Assembly: GCA_965656375.1 (NCBI GenBank)
Contig: CBFHKH010000001.1
Location: forward strand, 132,691 to 196,690
Source: Minisyncoccia bacterium
Lineage (GTDB): Bacteria; Patescibacteriota; Minisyncoccia; Phycocordibacterales; UBA9973
Direction of reading: 5' to 3'
Length of the DNA: 64,000 nucleotides
The number at the start of each line of letters is the position of its first letter. Within the stretch, counting starts at the first letter, position 1. The notes under the pieces are model-generated. The model did not search any database and was not told where the DNA came from. It saw nothing but the letters and a program-made list of their open reading frames with translations. Made by a program: the position numbers and the translations under genes. Shown in pieces: positions 10,209 through 19,434 of this stretch.

Positions 10209-11173
10209 GAAAAGCATTAGTTGTAGGAATAAATAATTATCCGAATGCATCGCTTGCTGGATGCATAAACGATGCTTCAGCATTTGGAGCAATTATGGGA
10301 ACACATGGAAACGGGGATCCGAACTTTGCAGTTCGCCTTTGTACCGATGTGCCGACAAAAGGAAAGCTTACCGAACTTCTACAGGAACTTTTTAAAGGAG
10401 ATAGTGAAGTTGCGCTCTTTTATTTTTCAGGCCATGGATTTGAAAATGATTTAGGAGCTTATCTCGTAACCCCGGATGCGGCAAAGTTAGATGTGGGGGT
10501 TTCAATGGCTGATTTATTAGTGATGGCAAATAATTCAAAAGCAACTAATAAGGTTATTATTTTGGATTGTTGTCATTCCGGTGCTGCAGGTACATCAATG
10601 ATAACGGGAGGTGTCACAACATCTATAAACAAAGGGGTAACTATATTAACTGCAAGCAAGTCCGATGAATTTGCAATGGAGGTAAACGGGCATGGCGTTT
10701 TTACAAATCTTCTTATAGATGCATTACAAGGCGGTGCTGCAGATATCAGGGGCGATATTACTCCCGGAAGCATCTATTCCTATATTGACCAGGCTTTAGG
10801 GCCCTGGGATCAGCGGCCAGTTTTCAAAACAAACATCACTGAATTTATTTCATTACGGGAAATTGCTCCAAAAGTTCCTAAAGAAACCCTAAGAAAAATT
10901 ATTCAATATTTTTCTGAACCTGAACAGGAATTTCCATTAGACCCTTCATTTGAATATACCAATTCAGAAGAAGTGAAACATACTGTTGTAGAACCATTTG
11001 CAAAAGCTGAAAATGTAGATGTGTTTAAGGATCTTCAAAAATTCCAAAGTGTTGGGTTGGTTGTACCTGTGGGAGCATCTTACATGTACTTTGCTGCAAT
11101 GGAATCACAATCGTGCAGGTTAACTGCGCTTGGGTATCATTATTGGAGATTAGTTAAGGATGGAAGAATTTAA
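10205..11173 (+). CDS. Caspase-like cysteine peptidase (Peptidase_C14 / metacaspase-like) with a C-terminal domain of about 100 aa of unknown function
   Basis: 322 aa. KALVVGINNYP...L.GCINDA, a catalytic His in FYFSGHG (His77) and a catalytic Cys in IILDCCHSG (Cys123). The ATGA start/stop overlap with the upstream TIR gene indicates translational coupling. Confidence 0.75.
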   Translation: MRKALVVGINNYPNASLAGCINDASAFGAIMGTHGNGDPNFAVRLCTDVPTKGKLTELLQELFKGDSEVALFYFSGHGFENDLGAYLVTPDAAKLDVGVSMADLLVMANNSKATNKVIILDCCHSGAAGTSMITGGVTTSINKGVTILTASKSDEFAMEVNGHGVFTNLLIDALQGGAADIRGDITPGSIYSYIDQALGPWDQRPVFKTNITEFISLREIAPKVPKETLRKIIQYFSEPEQEFPLDPSFEYTNSEEVKHTVVEPFAKAENVDVFKDLQKFQSVGLVVPVGASYMYFAAMESQSCRLTALGYHYWRLVKDGRI

Positions 11174-12562
11174 ATGCGGCTAAGCAAAATACAATGTAAA
11201 ATGATGACGAAAAAAGATTGGACAATTGAAATCGGAAGTGGGGTAATAGATTGTTGTAGTAATAGGGGTGGAGACGTTGTAATTGCTGGTGACATTACTG
11301 GAAAATTTATCCTTTGTAATTGTGATGGGAAAATTCTATTAGAAAATAAAGTTGAGTTACCAATTTGGGGCGTGGATTTTTCTACTCAATTGGATGTAGT
11401 TGCAATCGGAACAGCTTCTAAATCTCCTTTAAAAGGAGAGCTTATCGTTTTTAAACAAAATGAAATAATCTTCAAGCATTCCTTATCAAGCCCTGTATGG
11501 GATGTAAAAATTATCGAAAACCTTCAATTAGTAGTTGCATCGACTTGGAAAGATGGATTAATTATTTATAGCCTGCTTTCCCAAACGTTTACAAGCTATT
11601 CTTTTGAAGAATCACTTTTTGGCTTGGCATATGAAGGGTCAAATTTATATATCGTTGCCTCCGAAAAGGGGGTTTATAAATTTGACTTAGATAGCCAAGA
11701 GCCGCCAATATTAATTTATGATGAAAGAACATGTTGCTATAATATTTACCATAACGAAATTGAGAGAGTACTCTATGTTGGATCAAATTCTAACACATTG
11801 TCAAAAATTGATTTAGTAAATACAAAAAATAGCAAGACATATATAACCCTTTCAAGACAAATAAGTGCTATAAGCCACTTTGGAGAGAATATTATAACAG
11901 GAGACCTTTCAGGAAATCTTTATGTCAATAAAATTAATGATTTTTTAGCACCAATCTATTACCAAAAACTTGAAGATGCGATTTGGAACCTACAGTTTAT
12001 AAGCGATAGTAAAAAATTACTTATCGCCAACGGAAATGGTTTTTTAGAGTGTTATTCGCTAAGTGAATCAGAATACAGCTATTGGAATTTTGAAAGCTTG
12101 CCATTTGATGAAAAACATTTAAAGGGTATCAAAATCTTTATTAATTACGCAAAAGAGGACAAGGATTCTGTTCTCAAACTTTATACCGCACTTCACACAA
12201 TTGGATGTACCCCTTGGATGGATGAGTTTAATATTTTACCAGGACAAAATTGGAAATATGAAACAACAAAAGCTATTGAAGAAGCTGACTTTATTTTGAT
12301 TTGCCTATCATCTTTTTCTGTGGCTAAAAAGGGGTATGTTCAAAAAGAGATAAAAATTGCACTTGATATCATCGATTTGTTACCACAAAACAAAGTATTT
12401 ATAATACCAATCAAATTAGATGAATGTAATGTTCCCGACAATTTAAAGGATTGGCAAGCTGTAGACCTATTTGCACCAAACGGGTTTCAAAAATTTGTTT
12501 ACTCAATATTTATTGACAGGATAAAATATCAGAGTATACTTAATAAGAGATTACTAAACTAA
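11174..12562 (+). CDS. WD40/beta-propeller repeat protein with a C-terminal TIR domain
   Basis: 462 aa. N-terminal repeated beta-strand blocks typical of WD40 or beta-propeller folds. The C-terminal IKIFINYAKEDKDSVL...WMDEFNILPGQNW...ADFILICLSSFSVAKKGYVQKEIKIA is a TIR_2 pattern. It starts 1 nt after the caspase stop. Confidence 0.6.
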   Translation: MRLSKIQCKMMTKKDWTIEIGSGVIDCCSNRGGDVVIAGDITGKFILCNCDGKILLENKVELPIWGVDFSTQLDVVAIGTASKSPLKGELIVFKQNEIIFKHSLSSPVWDVKIIENLQLVVASTWKDGLIIYSLLSQTFTSYSFEESLFGLAYEGSNLYIVASEKGVYKFDLDSQEPPILIYDERTCCYNIYHNEIERVLYVGSNSNTLSKIDLVNTKNSKTYITLSRQISAISHFGENIITGDLSGNLYVNKINDFLAPIYYQKLEDAIWNLQFISDSKKLLIANGNGFLECYSLSESEYSYWNFESLPFDEKHLKGIKIFINYAKEDKDSVLKLYTALHTIGCTPWMDEFNILPGQNWKYETTKAIEEADFILICLSSFSVAKKGYVQKEIKIALDIIDLLPQNKVFIIPIKLDECNVPDNLKDWQAVDLFAPNGFQKFVYSIFIDRIKYQSILNKRLLN

Positions 12563-12573
12563 AAACATATATT

Positions 12574-12933
12574 ATGAGTACAGAATTAAAACCAATCGTT
12601 TCAAAAGAAAATACTTTTGACCTACTGGAAATTAGGGTTGGCAGAGTTATAGATGCTGAAATAGAGCCATCGGCACCTAAGAAAGCCTATTTACTCAAAA
12701 TTGATTTCGGAAAATTTGGTATTAAAACCAGCGTTGGCAGATTTACACAACATTCGATTGAAGAGATTAAAGGGAGCCTCGTTTTAGGAGTTTTAAATTT
12801 TGGGAGCATCCAAATCGGAAACATTAATTCTGAAGTTTTGATTTTAGGAACTCAATTTCCAAAGGCGGATAGTGGCGAAGCTACTTTCATAGCTCCAAAG
12901 GCAGAGTCAAAAATTGGCGGAAAACTTTTTTAG
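12574..12933 (+). CDS. tRNA-binding domain protein (CsaA/YgjH/Trbp111-like, Myf/EMAP OB-fold)
   Basis: 119 aa. DLLEIRVGRVIDAEIEPSAPKKAYLLKIDFGKFG...VGRFTQHS is the classic tRNA_bind motif. It starts 12 nt after the WD40-TIR stop. Confidence 0.6.
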   Translation: MSTELKPIVSKENTFDLLEIRVGRVIDAEIEPSAPKKAYLLKIDFGKFGIKTSVGRFTQHSIEEIKGSLVLGVLNFGSIQIGNINSEVLILGTQFPKADSGEATFIAPKAESKIGGKLF

Positions 12934-13045
12934 TTTTATTCGAAAGGAGTATTTACTGAGCAGACCCCTTAATTAAAACCGTTAAAAACAGGTATTTCAT
13001 TCTTTTAAAAATAGGAGAAGTACTATTTATAAGACAAGTATTAAT

Positions 13046-13780
13046 ATGGATCAGTCCATTTATTTTGATAGCCTGGGAAGGAATATTTTGAATCCAACAA
13101 ATTATCCTAAAGGCGTTCAAGAATATTTAAACGACGAGAAAGAATTTATTAAGTCGTTAATGTATAACCATGGTGGTTTGATAGAGGTAGGGTGTTTTGA
13201 TGCGACTTACTCTCTTTTATGTGATTCTCTGTCTAAACTCTATATTGGAATTGATATTGTTCCTGAATACGTTGAAGAGGCTAATCATCGACTGGATTTT
13301 TGGAGCCTTGACAGCGAGAGGTTTGAGATACTCAACTTAGATGCTCATTTGATTGCGCAAATACCTGAAAAAAGTAAACTAATAAAAAATTTGCCTGCCA
13401 AAGAATGGCTAATTGTTTTTCCTTTTAACTGTTTGGGAAACTTACCTTATCCTCAAAAAGTTATAGACGGAATAAAAAGTTTAAAAATTAATAGTTTTTT
13501 CTCAACATTTAAAGTGTCAAAAAAATCAACTCTGATTAGAAAAGAATATTATTCTAATTGCAAGATTTCGGGATTAAAGGCGACCCCTATGAATACCGGA
13601 TTGTGTTTTAGTTCCGGTAATAAATTTTCTTCGGTTGCCTACAGTAATACTTGGATTTTTAACAATCTGTTCGGGCTAAGTAAAAATTCGTACTGCTTTA
13701 ATTTAGGCGATATAGGAATAGCGGTGCTTAATACCTTAAACAAGATTAAAGAAATGGAAATGCCATCTTTTAATATCTAA
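13046..13780 (+). CDS. Hypothetical protein with a weak class-I SAM-methyltransferase-like fold signature
   Basis: 244 aa. LIEVGCFDATYS resembles motif I and IGIDIVPEYVEEAN resembles motif II. Both are degenerate. Confidence 0.3.
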   Translation: MDQSIYFDSLGRNILNPTNYPKGVQEYLNDEKEFIKSLMYNHGGLIEVGCFDATYSLLCDSLSKLYIGIDIVPEYVEEANHRLDFWSLDSERFEILNLDAHLIAQIPEKSKLIKNLPAKEWLIVFPFNCLGNLPYPQKVIDGIKSLKINSFFSTFKVSKKSTLIRKEYYSNCKISGLKATPMNTGLCFSSGNKFSSVAYSNTWIFNNLFGLSKNSYCFNLGDIGIAVLNTLNKIKEMEMPSFNI

Positions 13781-13790
13781 TTATACATGC

Positions 13791-15008
13791 ATGAAAAATG
13801 TTGATGAAAACCAAGCCTTTTGGAATATTGAATATACTTACAAAGATTATTCTGATAAACAGCTAAGGCGAAAATACAAATGGTTTAAAATTTTGAGTAA
13901 CCCCTTTTTTTACAAAATTCTTAATATCACAACCCCTTTATTATCAATTATTCCTAATTGGGCTCTAAAATTTGTTAAGAAATTTGGGCTGTATCAATAT
14001 TTCATTTCAGGGGAAACATCAGCAGAGTGTTTAAACTGTGCAGATATACTCTATAAAAATGGAATTTCCTCTATTCCTGATTTTTGCATTGAAAGAATAA
14101 AACATTTATCCGATGGTGACAAATTTAAAAATGAAATGGGCTCTCTTATGGCACTGGCAAAGCTCCAGACAAAAAAAATTCCGATTGTTGTATTTAAGCT
14201 TTCTGGCATAGTTCCCTTTGATTGGCTGGAAAGGCTAAATAGCAAACTAAAAAATAATGAGCAACTTAGCCTAGATGAAAATCAAGTGCTTAAAACAATT
14301 ATATACTCTATAGATGAAATGTGCAAAAAGGCTGATACTTTGGGAATTAGAATTATGGCAGATGCGGAAGAGTCCTGGATTCAAGATACGATTGACTACG
14401 TCATTCTAAAAATGCAAGAGAAGTATAATAAAACAAAGGCGGTAGTTATTAATACCTATCAGATGTATAAAGAAGAAGGAATAGTTAATTTGAAAAAAAA
14501 TATACGTTTATCGCATACCTCTGGTTTCATATTGGGATGTAAGTTAGTTCGCGGAGCTTATATGGAAGCAGAAAGAGATCGAGCTGCTAAAATGAATTAT
14601 CAATGCCCAATTTTCAAATATAAAATTCAAACAGATGAGGCATTCAATTCTGCACTTGAATTTTGTTTAACTGCAGATCGCCTTTCATTTTTGCTTGTTG
14701 CCTCTCATAACTCAGAAAGTATTACCCGTTTAGTTGAGTTTATGACTAAGAACAATATCCCTCCAAACACTGCAAGCATTCATATTAGTCAATTGTATGG
14801 AATGGGAGATGTTTTGACGTACAACCTTTCAAAAAATGGATTTAATGTAAGTAAGTATCTGCCCTATGGCCCAATAAAAGAATCTATTCCATATTTAAGT
14901 CGGCGAGCAAGTGAAAACTCTTCCACACGAACAATTACATCTAGCGAGGCCTCTATTTTGTTGAAAGAAATAAACCGAAGGAAAAAACTGGGAGAAGATG
15001 AAAAATAA
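13791..15008 (+). CDS. Proline dehydrogenase (PRODH) family protein
   Basis: 405 aa. GCKLVRGAYMEAERDRA matches the PRODH hallmark LVKGAY...E. An ADAEES... barrel region is also present. Confidence 0.5.
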   Translation: MKNVDENQAFWNIEYTYKDYSDKQLRRKYKWFKILSNPFFYKILNITTPLLSIIPNWALKFVKKFGLYQYFISGETSAECLNCADILYKNGISSIPDFCIERIKHLSDGDKFKNEMGSLMALAKLQTKKIPIVVFKLSGIVPFDWLERLNSKLKNNEQLSLDENQVLKTIIYSIDEMCKKADTLGIRIMADAEESWIQDTIDYVILKMQEKYNKTKAVVINTYQMYKEEGIVNLKKNIRLSHTSGFILGCKLVRGAYMEAERDRAAKMNYQCPIFKYKIQTDEAFNSALEFCLTADRLSFLLVASHNSESITRLVEFMTKNNIPPNTASIHISQLYGMGDVLTYNLSKNGFNVSKYLPYGPIKESIPYLSRRASENSSTRTITSSEASILLKEINRRKKLGEDEK

Positions 15009-15097
15009 AAGCCTGCCAAATTTTGATCTGTACCCCAAAAAGTGGACACTTACGTGCCCACTTTTTTTCTGTTCAATTATTAGGTATAACAATAGAT

Positions 15098-15511
15098 ATG
15101 AAGCAACAAACATTCACAAAAGAGCAAATAGATGGATTGTTACGAAATGAAAATGTCTTGAAGTTTTGCGGGACGTATATCGCATATACGCCCGAATTTA
15201 AGATGAGAGCGGTCGATCAGTATCTTCATAAGGGAATGTCACCAAAGGAAATATTTAGGCAGGCGGGGTTTGATTTAACCCTCTTCAGTAAGCATAAGCC
15301 AAGCTATCTGATGTGTGACTGGCGCAAAATATTTAAGAAAAAAGGGATTGATGGATTTAGTACGGAAACGAGAGGTAAGGATGGAGGGAGGCCGAGAAGA
15401 TTTGAAACTTTGTCAGATATGGAGAAAATTAAGCGATTGGAATTAGAGGTGCGATACCTCAAAAAGGAGAATGATTTTTTAGTCAGACTCCGGGCCAGAA
15501 GAGCGGAGTAA
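15098..15511 (+). CDS. IS3-family transposase OrfA (HTH, leucine-zipper-like C-terminus)
   Basis: MKQQTFTKEQIDGLL...LELEVRYLKKENDFLVRLRARRAE is typical of IS3/IS150 OrfA. The upstream ATG at 15023 lies in the inverted repeat and flank and is rejected. Confidence 0.75.
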   Translation: MKQQTFTKEQIDGLLRNENVLKFCGTYIAYTPEFKMRAVDQYLHKGMSPKEIFRQAGFDLTLFSKHKPSYLMCDWRKIFKKKGIDGFSTETRGKDGGRPRRFETLSDMEKIKRLELEVRYLKKENDFLVRLRARRAE

Positions 15512-15525
15512 AACTCTGGCCAAAA

Positions 15526-16392
15526 ATGAAATATGGATTAATACGAGAGATGGGAGATAGTGTTGATGTTCTCTGCGTAATTGCAGGAGTATCGCGAAGC
15601 GGATACTACAAATGGCTGGGACATGCAGACAAGCCAGAGAAAGACTATTGGGATTACAAGCTCATTAAGGATGTGTTTGATGAAGGAAGGGCCAAATATG
15701 GCTGGAGAACCCTGCAAATGAAGCTTAAAGCTGATAAGAGTGTCGTAATGAATCATAAGAAGATCATGAGGATTAAGAATAAGTATCACCTGATAACCAA
15801 GATACGAAGGAAGAATCTATATAAAAATATCATGAAATGCACACCAGACCATAAGACATTCAGGAATATCTTAAATAGGAAGTTTCAACAAAAGAGTCCC
15901 TTTAGAACATTTTGTACGGATATTACCTACCTGCCATTTAATAGCAGTATGGTGTATCTGTCTGCGGTTAAAGATGTTGCGAGTCTGGAAATTGTTGCGT
16001 GGTACTTGTCCCCAAATCTCACACTGAATATTTCTTTAGGAACGATTGAGAATATGAAAAAGAATAAAACCATTCCCACATTGAAGAATGTGTTGATACA
16101 TTCGGATCAAGGATTTTACTACACCAATCCTGACTATGTATATAGGACAAAGGAACTCAAGATGGTGCAATCAATGTCAAGAAAAGGAAATGCCATTGAT
16201 AATGCGCCGATTGAATCTTTCTTCGGTCATTTCAAAGATGACATTGATTACAAAGACTGCAAGACATTTGAAGAAGTAAAAATAGCCACCGGAAAATATA
16301 TAGAGTATTATAACAACGAGAGGCAGCAATGGAATTTAAAAAAGATGACCCCTGTAGAATACAGAAATCATCTTTTGTTGGCCCGCCAGTAG
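15526..16392 (+). CDS. IS3-family transposase OrfB (rve DDE integrase core)
   Basis: 288 aa. HTH_21-like N-terminus and DDE residues in FCTDITYL..., IHSDQGFYYT and NAPIESFFGHFKDD. It is in the -1 frame relative to orfA. Confidence 0.8.
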   Translation: MKYGLIREMGDSVDVLCVIAGVSRSGYYKWLGHADKPEKDYWDYKLIKDVFDEGRAKYGWRTLQMKLKADKSVVMNHKKIMRIKNKYHLITKIRRKNLYKNIMKCTPDHKTFRNILNRKFQQKSPFRTFCTDITYLPFNSSMVYLSAVKDVASLEIVAWYLSPNLTLNISLGTIENMKKNKTIPTLKNVLIHSDQGFYYTNPDYVYRTKELKMVQSMSRKGNAIDNAPIESFFGHFKDDIDYKDCKTFEEVKIATGKYIEYYNNERQQWNLKKMTPVEYRNHLLLARQ

Positions 16393-16465
16393 GTTTAAGA
16401 GTGTCCACTCTAAAGGGTACACATCAATTTCTCCAAGCAGACTTTGTTGTACTAATAATCATAGG

Positions 16466-17383
16466 TTAATCTGATGATTCATTCGCATCTTCTTTTGGTT
16501 CACCTTCCATTCTACCTAGTATCCAATCCACCGCCTTTTGCGCCCCACCGGCAGCGGTAATAATGCACTTTTTGTCGTTTTTCAATACGTCAAGCCAGCC
16601 TTGTATATAGGCGGTATGATTGGCAATTTCAAACGGCAGTATGCTGGTAAACTGGCAAAGGAATGCTGCCCCCATTTCAGCAATTAACTCCTCCTGGGCA
16701 TAGCTTTCTGACCCAAACGAAGTCCGGTCAACAAGTGTTTTTCGGTCAAGCCGTTTAGCTGCACCGGTTGCATGCACCAACTCGTGCCACAAGGTTGCAT
16801 AGTAGCTGTGAGAGGTTTTAAAGTCCTTCATCTTGGGCATTGTGATTTCATCTGTTTCAACATTGTAGTATGCCGAAGCTTTGCCTTTAAATGAGATGAG
16901 TGGCATATCTGCAATATTGTGTAAGATACTCTCACATTCCATGATCGGATCAGGGCTTTTCCAGGCTTCCTGAACCGGGACAATGCTAACCGGAATGTCT
17001 TTACATTGCTCCAGGTTGAAGACTTTGTAATACCTGAGCATAGGAACAGTTGCAAAACTGCCATCGGCATTCTTTTCTTCTGGCTTTTTCTTAACATTCT
17101 TCCAGAATACAATAATGTGGCCCTTTTCGTCCTTAAGGACTGAGCCTTCCAAGGCCTTGATTTGATCCCAGGTTAAGAAGCAGTTACTTTCATACGGAAG
17201 GGCATTTAACAGCCAGAGATTGATACCACGATATGGCCGTTTACTCAGCATGTTGATGGGCATACCGGTTTCTTTCCAGGGTCGTTGCCAGGGCACCACG
17301 CCTTGTTGAAGCAACTCAATTACTTTGTCGGTAACAATTTGATACAAGTCCAAATCTTTGGACGTAGATGTTTGTGAATCCAT
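16466..17383 (-). CDS. ArdC-like antirestriction protein (N-terminal ssDNA-binding domain plus C-terminal zincin-like metalloprotease)
   Basis: LDLYQIVTDKVIELLQQGVVPWQRPW...RPYRGINLWLL is the ArdC-N pattern. HELVHATG is an HExxH motif. The start is taken at the internal Met (MDSQTS...). Confidence 0.7.
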   Translation of the reverse strand: MDSQTSTSKDLDLYQIVTDKVIELLQQGVVPWQRPWKETGMPINMLSKRPYRGINLWLLNALPYESNCFLTWDQIKALEGSVLKDEKGHIIVFWKNVKKKPEEKNADGSFATVPMLRYYKVFNLEQCKDIPVSIVPVQEAWKSPDPIMECESILHNIADMPLISFKGKASAYYNVETDEITMPKMKDFKTSHSYYATLWHELVHATGAAKRLDRKTLVDRTSFGSESYAQEELIAEMGAAFLCQFTSILPFEIANHTAYIQGWLDVLKNDKKCIITAAGGAQKAVDWILGRMEGEPKEDANESSD

Positions 17384-17502
17384 AATTCTAAGATTTAATT
17401 GTGAAAGAATAATTGTTTCTTTCAGCATAGCTGAATTCACATAGAAGCATAAGGGAGGGAAATTTGTCAGATAAGCAAGTGAGAGTGTAAGAAAAAAAGG
17501 AG

Positions 17503-17973
17503 TCATAAGACTCCTATACAATCTTCGAATGAAATAAATCCTTCAGGGCTAAGAACAAGATGATCCAGGACTTTAATATCAAGAAAGCGCCCGCCATTGA
17601 TTATCTTGTTTGTCAGGGTAATATCAGCGTTACTAAACGCGAGATTCCCAGAGGGGTGATTATGAGCAAGGATAATCTGGCAGGCATTTGTCTTTAGGGC
17701 AACTGAAAATACCTGTTTGGGATCCATGACAGTTCCGGTACATGAGCCTGAAGAAATATGATGGATTCCAAGTACCCGGTTAGACCTGTTAAGGAGCAAG
17801 AGTTTTGCCTGTTCAACCAGGTATATCTTGTCCATATCCCAGCACGTAAGGAAAATATTATACGCATCAACTGCGCCTCGAATAAGTGGCAGCTCCGAGG
17901 GCTTCAACCTTGGCCGGTAAATAACTTCAATTTCACAGGCGACAAGGGGTAATGGGTTTTCTGATTCTTTCAT
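17503..17973 (-). CDS. RadC-like JAB/MPN domain protein
   Basis: The JAMM motif AHNHPSGNLAFSNAD is present. The start is taken at the internal Met (MKESEN...). Confidence 0.7.
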   Translation of the reverse strand: MKESENPLPLVACEIEVIYRPRLKPSELPLIRGAVDAYNIFLTCWDMDKIYLVEQAKLLLLNRSNRVLGIHHISSGSCTGTVMDPKQVFSVALKTNACQIILAHNHPSGNLAFSNADITLTNKIINGGRFLDIKVLDHLVLSPEGFISFEDCIGVL

Positions 17974-18096
17974 ACTAATAAGTTTTAAATGAATGTATTT
18001 ATAACAAAGCATATAGGAAGGGAAGTGATGACATAAGGGCGGGTAATTTGCTGATGAGGCAAACAAAAAACAGGAGATATACTCCTGTTTTTTCAG

Positions 18097-18579
18097 TTAC
18101 TTTCCCTGAACAACTAAGGTAGCCACCGCCACTGCTTCAAAGAGCTTTACATAATAGCGTTTCTGGTTCTTCAGTTCCCGCCGGTAGCAGATCATAAGCT
18201 GGGGGAATTGAAGGGTAAGAGATTCCATGAGAACCTTTTTCAGCTTTTGTTTCCCTTCCGGTATTAAGAGATGAAACTCAGAGATTCTCTTTTCAAAAAC
18301 AGGAATGAGGTTGGCCTTAAAGTACTCTTTGAGCCTAAGCAAAAGGTATCTGAAACCCTTTGTCTGATGATGTGGTGGCGGTATTGACAAAATAACTCTT
18401 TTAATACAGTATTGGCGCACACACGGCTCCAGACTGGAGATTATCATATCCGCTTTCCCAGGCGACCAGGACGCTTTATGTAGATGAATTTTGTAGTCTA
18501 CAAGAGCATTCCCCGAGTTGATAATTGCCAGCCCAAGGAGCCGTGTGTTTGTACTAATGCCGAGTGTCATGTTTGGCAT
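18097..18579 (-). CDS. Hypothetical protein, possibly YqgF/RuvX-like RNase H-fold nuclease
   Basis: 160 aa. MTLGISTNTRLLGLAII...ADMIISSLEPCVRQYCIKRVILSIP loosely follows the RuvX pattern (LGIDxG...GVAV...VVGLP). The similarity is weak. Confidence 0.3.
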   Translation of the reverse strand: MPNMTLGISTNTRLLGLAIINSGNALVDYKIHLHKASWSPGKADMIISSLEPCVRQYCIKRVILSIPPPHHQTKGFRYLLLRLKEYFKANLIPVFEKRISEFHLLIPEGKQKLKKVLMESLTLQFPQLMICYRRELKNQKRYYVKLFEAVAVATLVVQGK

Positions 18580-18793
18580 TGCCTTGGTTGATAAGGAAGG
18601 TGTAGAGGGCTGCCCGGCTTTTCCTGATCTTCTCCGGAGGAAGCGTCATCACCTTATTGAGTACCTTTCGTAAGTATTCCTCTTTATACTTCCTGACATA
18701 CTGCAGGTGCATAACCAGGGAATCTCTGTCCTCCAGGGTTTCGGCTATTTCATTGGCAAGCCTTCGTTCATGGGGTTCATAATCATGATTCAT
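18554..18793 (-). CDS. Small hypothetical protein
   Basis: 79 aa ORF in an operon-like run with RadC and ArdC. Confidence 0.3.
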   Translation of the reverse strand: MNHDYEPHERRLANEIAETLEDRDSLVMHLQYVRKYKEEYLRKVLNKVMTLPPEKIRKSRAALYTFLINQGNAKHDTRH

Positions 18794-19008
18794 AGCAATA
18801 GATAGTTACTAATAAACCCCTCCCAATGGACTTATCCACACACGATACGTTCTTTTATCCTTTCGTTATCGTTAATCGTTCGTTTTTATACTATTGAATT
18901 TTCAAACAACAGAATTTCACCCATGAGAGGGAAAATGAAAAGGACAGCAAGTGTCCTTTTCACGTTGTTGCATTGCAACAACCACTGATTCTATGTTTTC
19001 ATATCGGC

Positions 19009-19284
19009 TTAGAGATTAGAAATAATGGACTCAGTTTCCTGAGTAAACAAGGGAACCGAGGCGGTAATATCACGCCACAGTTCCGGAAAAAGTTCATGCG
19101 GCCAAGTTCTGTATATCTGGGCAAGACGGAAGACCTGCACAATGCCAGGAAGCTTACTACCATGCTCCCATCGTGAGAGGGTGCTGGTATCAGCAAGCCC
19201 AAGCATACGTGCCACTTTCTTTTGAGAATACCCGGCTGTGCGCCTGAACATTTTTAACTTGTTTGGAACCCGACTAATTTCCAT
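19009..19284 (-). CDS. XRE-family helix-turn-helix transcriptional regulator
   Basis: TAGYSQKKVARMLGLADTSTLSRWEHGSKLP is a canonical HTH_XRE. Confidence 0.7.
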   Translation of the reverse strand: MEISRVPNKLKMFRRTAGYSQKKVARMLGLADTSTLSRWEHGSKLPGIVQVFRLAQIYRTWPHELFPELWRDITASVPLFTQETESIISNL

Positions 19285-19434
19285 AAATCTGATTGTATGA
19301 AAATATGAGAAGGGATATAAGGGAGGGCTATTTGAGTTTTAGGCAAAAACTGGGGATAACTCAAAAATTGGCTTTTGGAGTGCTATCTTGATTACTTATC
19401 CTTTAGATACTTTAACAAGCTAAAATTATTACTT

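Larger units (their letters stand above)
15029..16423 (+). mobile_element. IS3-family insertion sequence (orfA/orfB with a -1 frameshift site, imperfect terminal inverted repeats)
   Basis: IRL TGTACCCCAAAAAGTGGACACT at 15029. IRR complement TGTGTACCCTTTAGAGTGGACACTC ends at 16423. Slippery heptamer T_TTT_TTA at 15475-15481 lies in the orfA frame, and the orfB frame is open upstream of its ATG. Total length about 1.4 kb. Confidence 0.75.

Noticed and set aside
15023-15097. Upstream ATG extension of the IS3 orfA (MICTPKSGHL...).
   Set aside because: The extension covers the left inverted repeat and flanking host DNA. The conserved OrfA begins at MKQQTF (15098).
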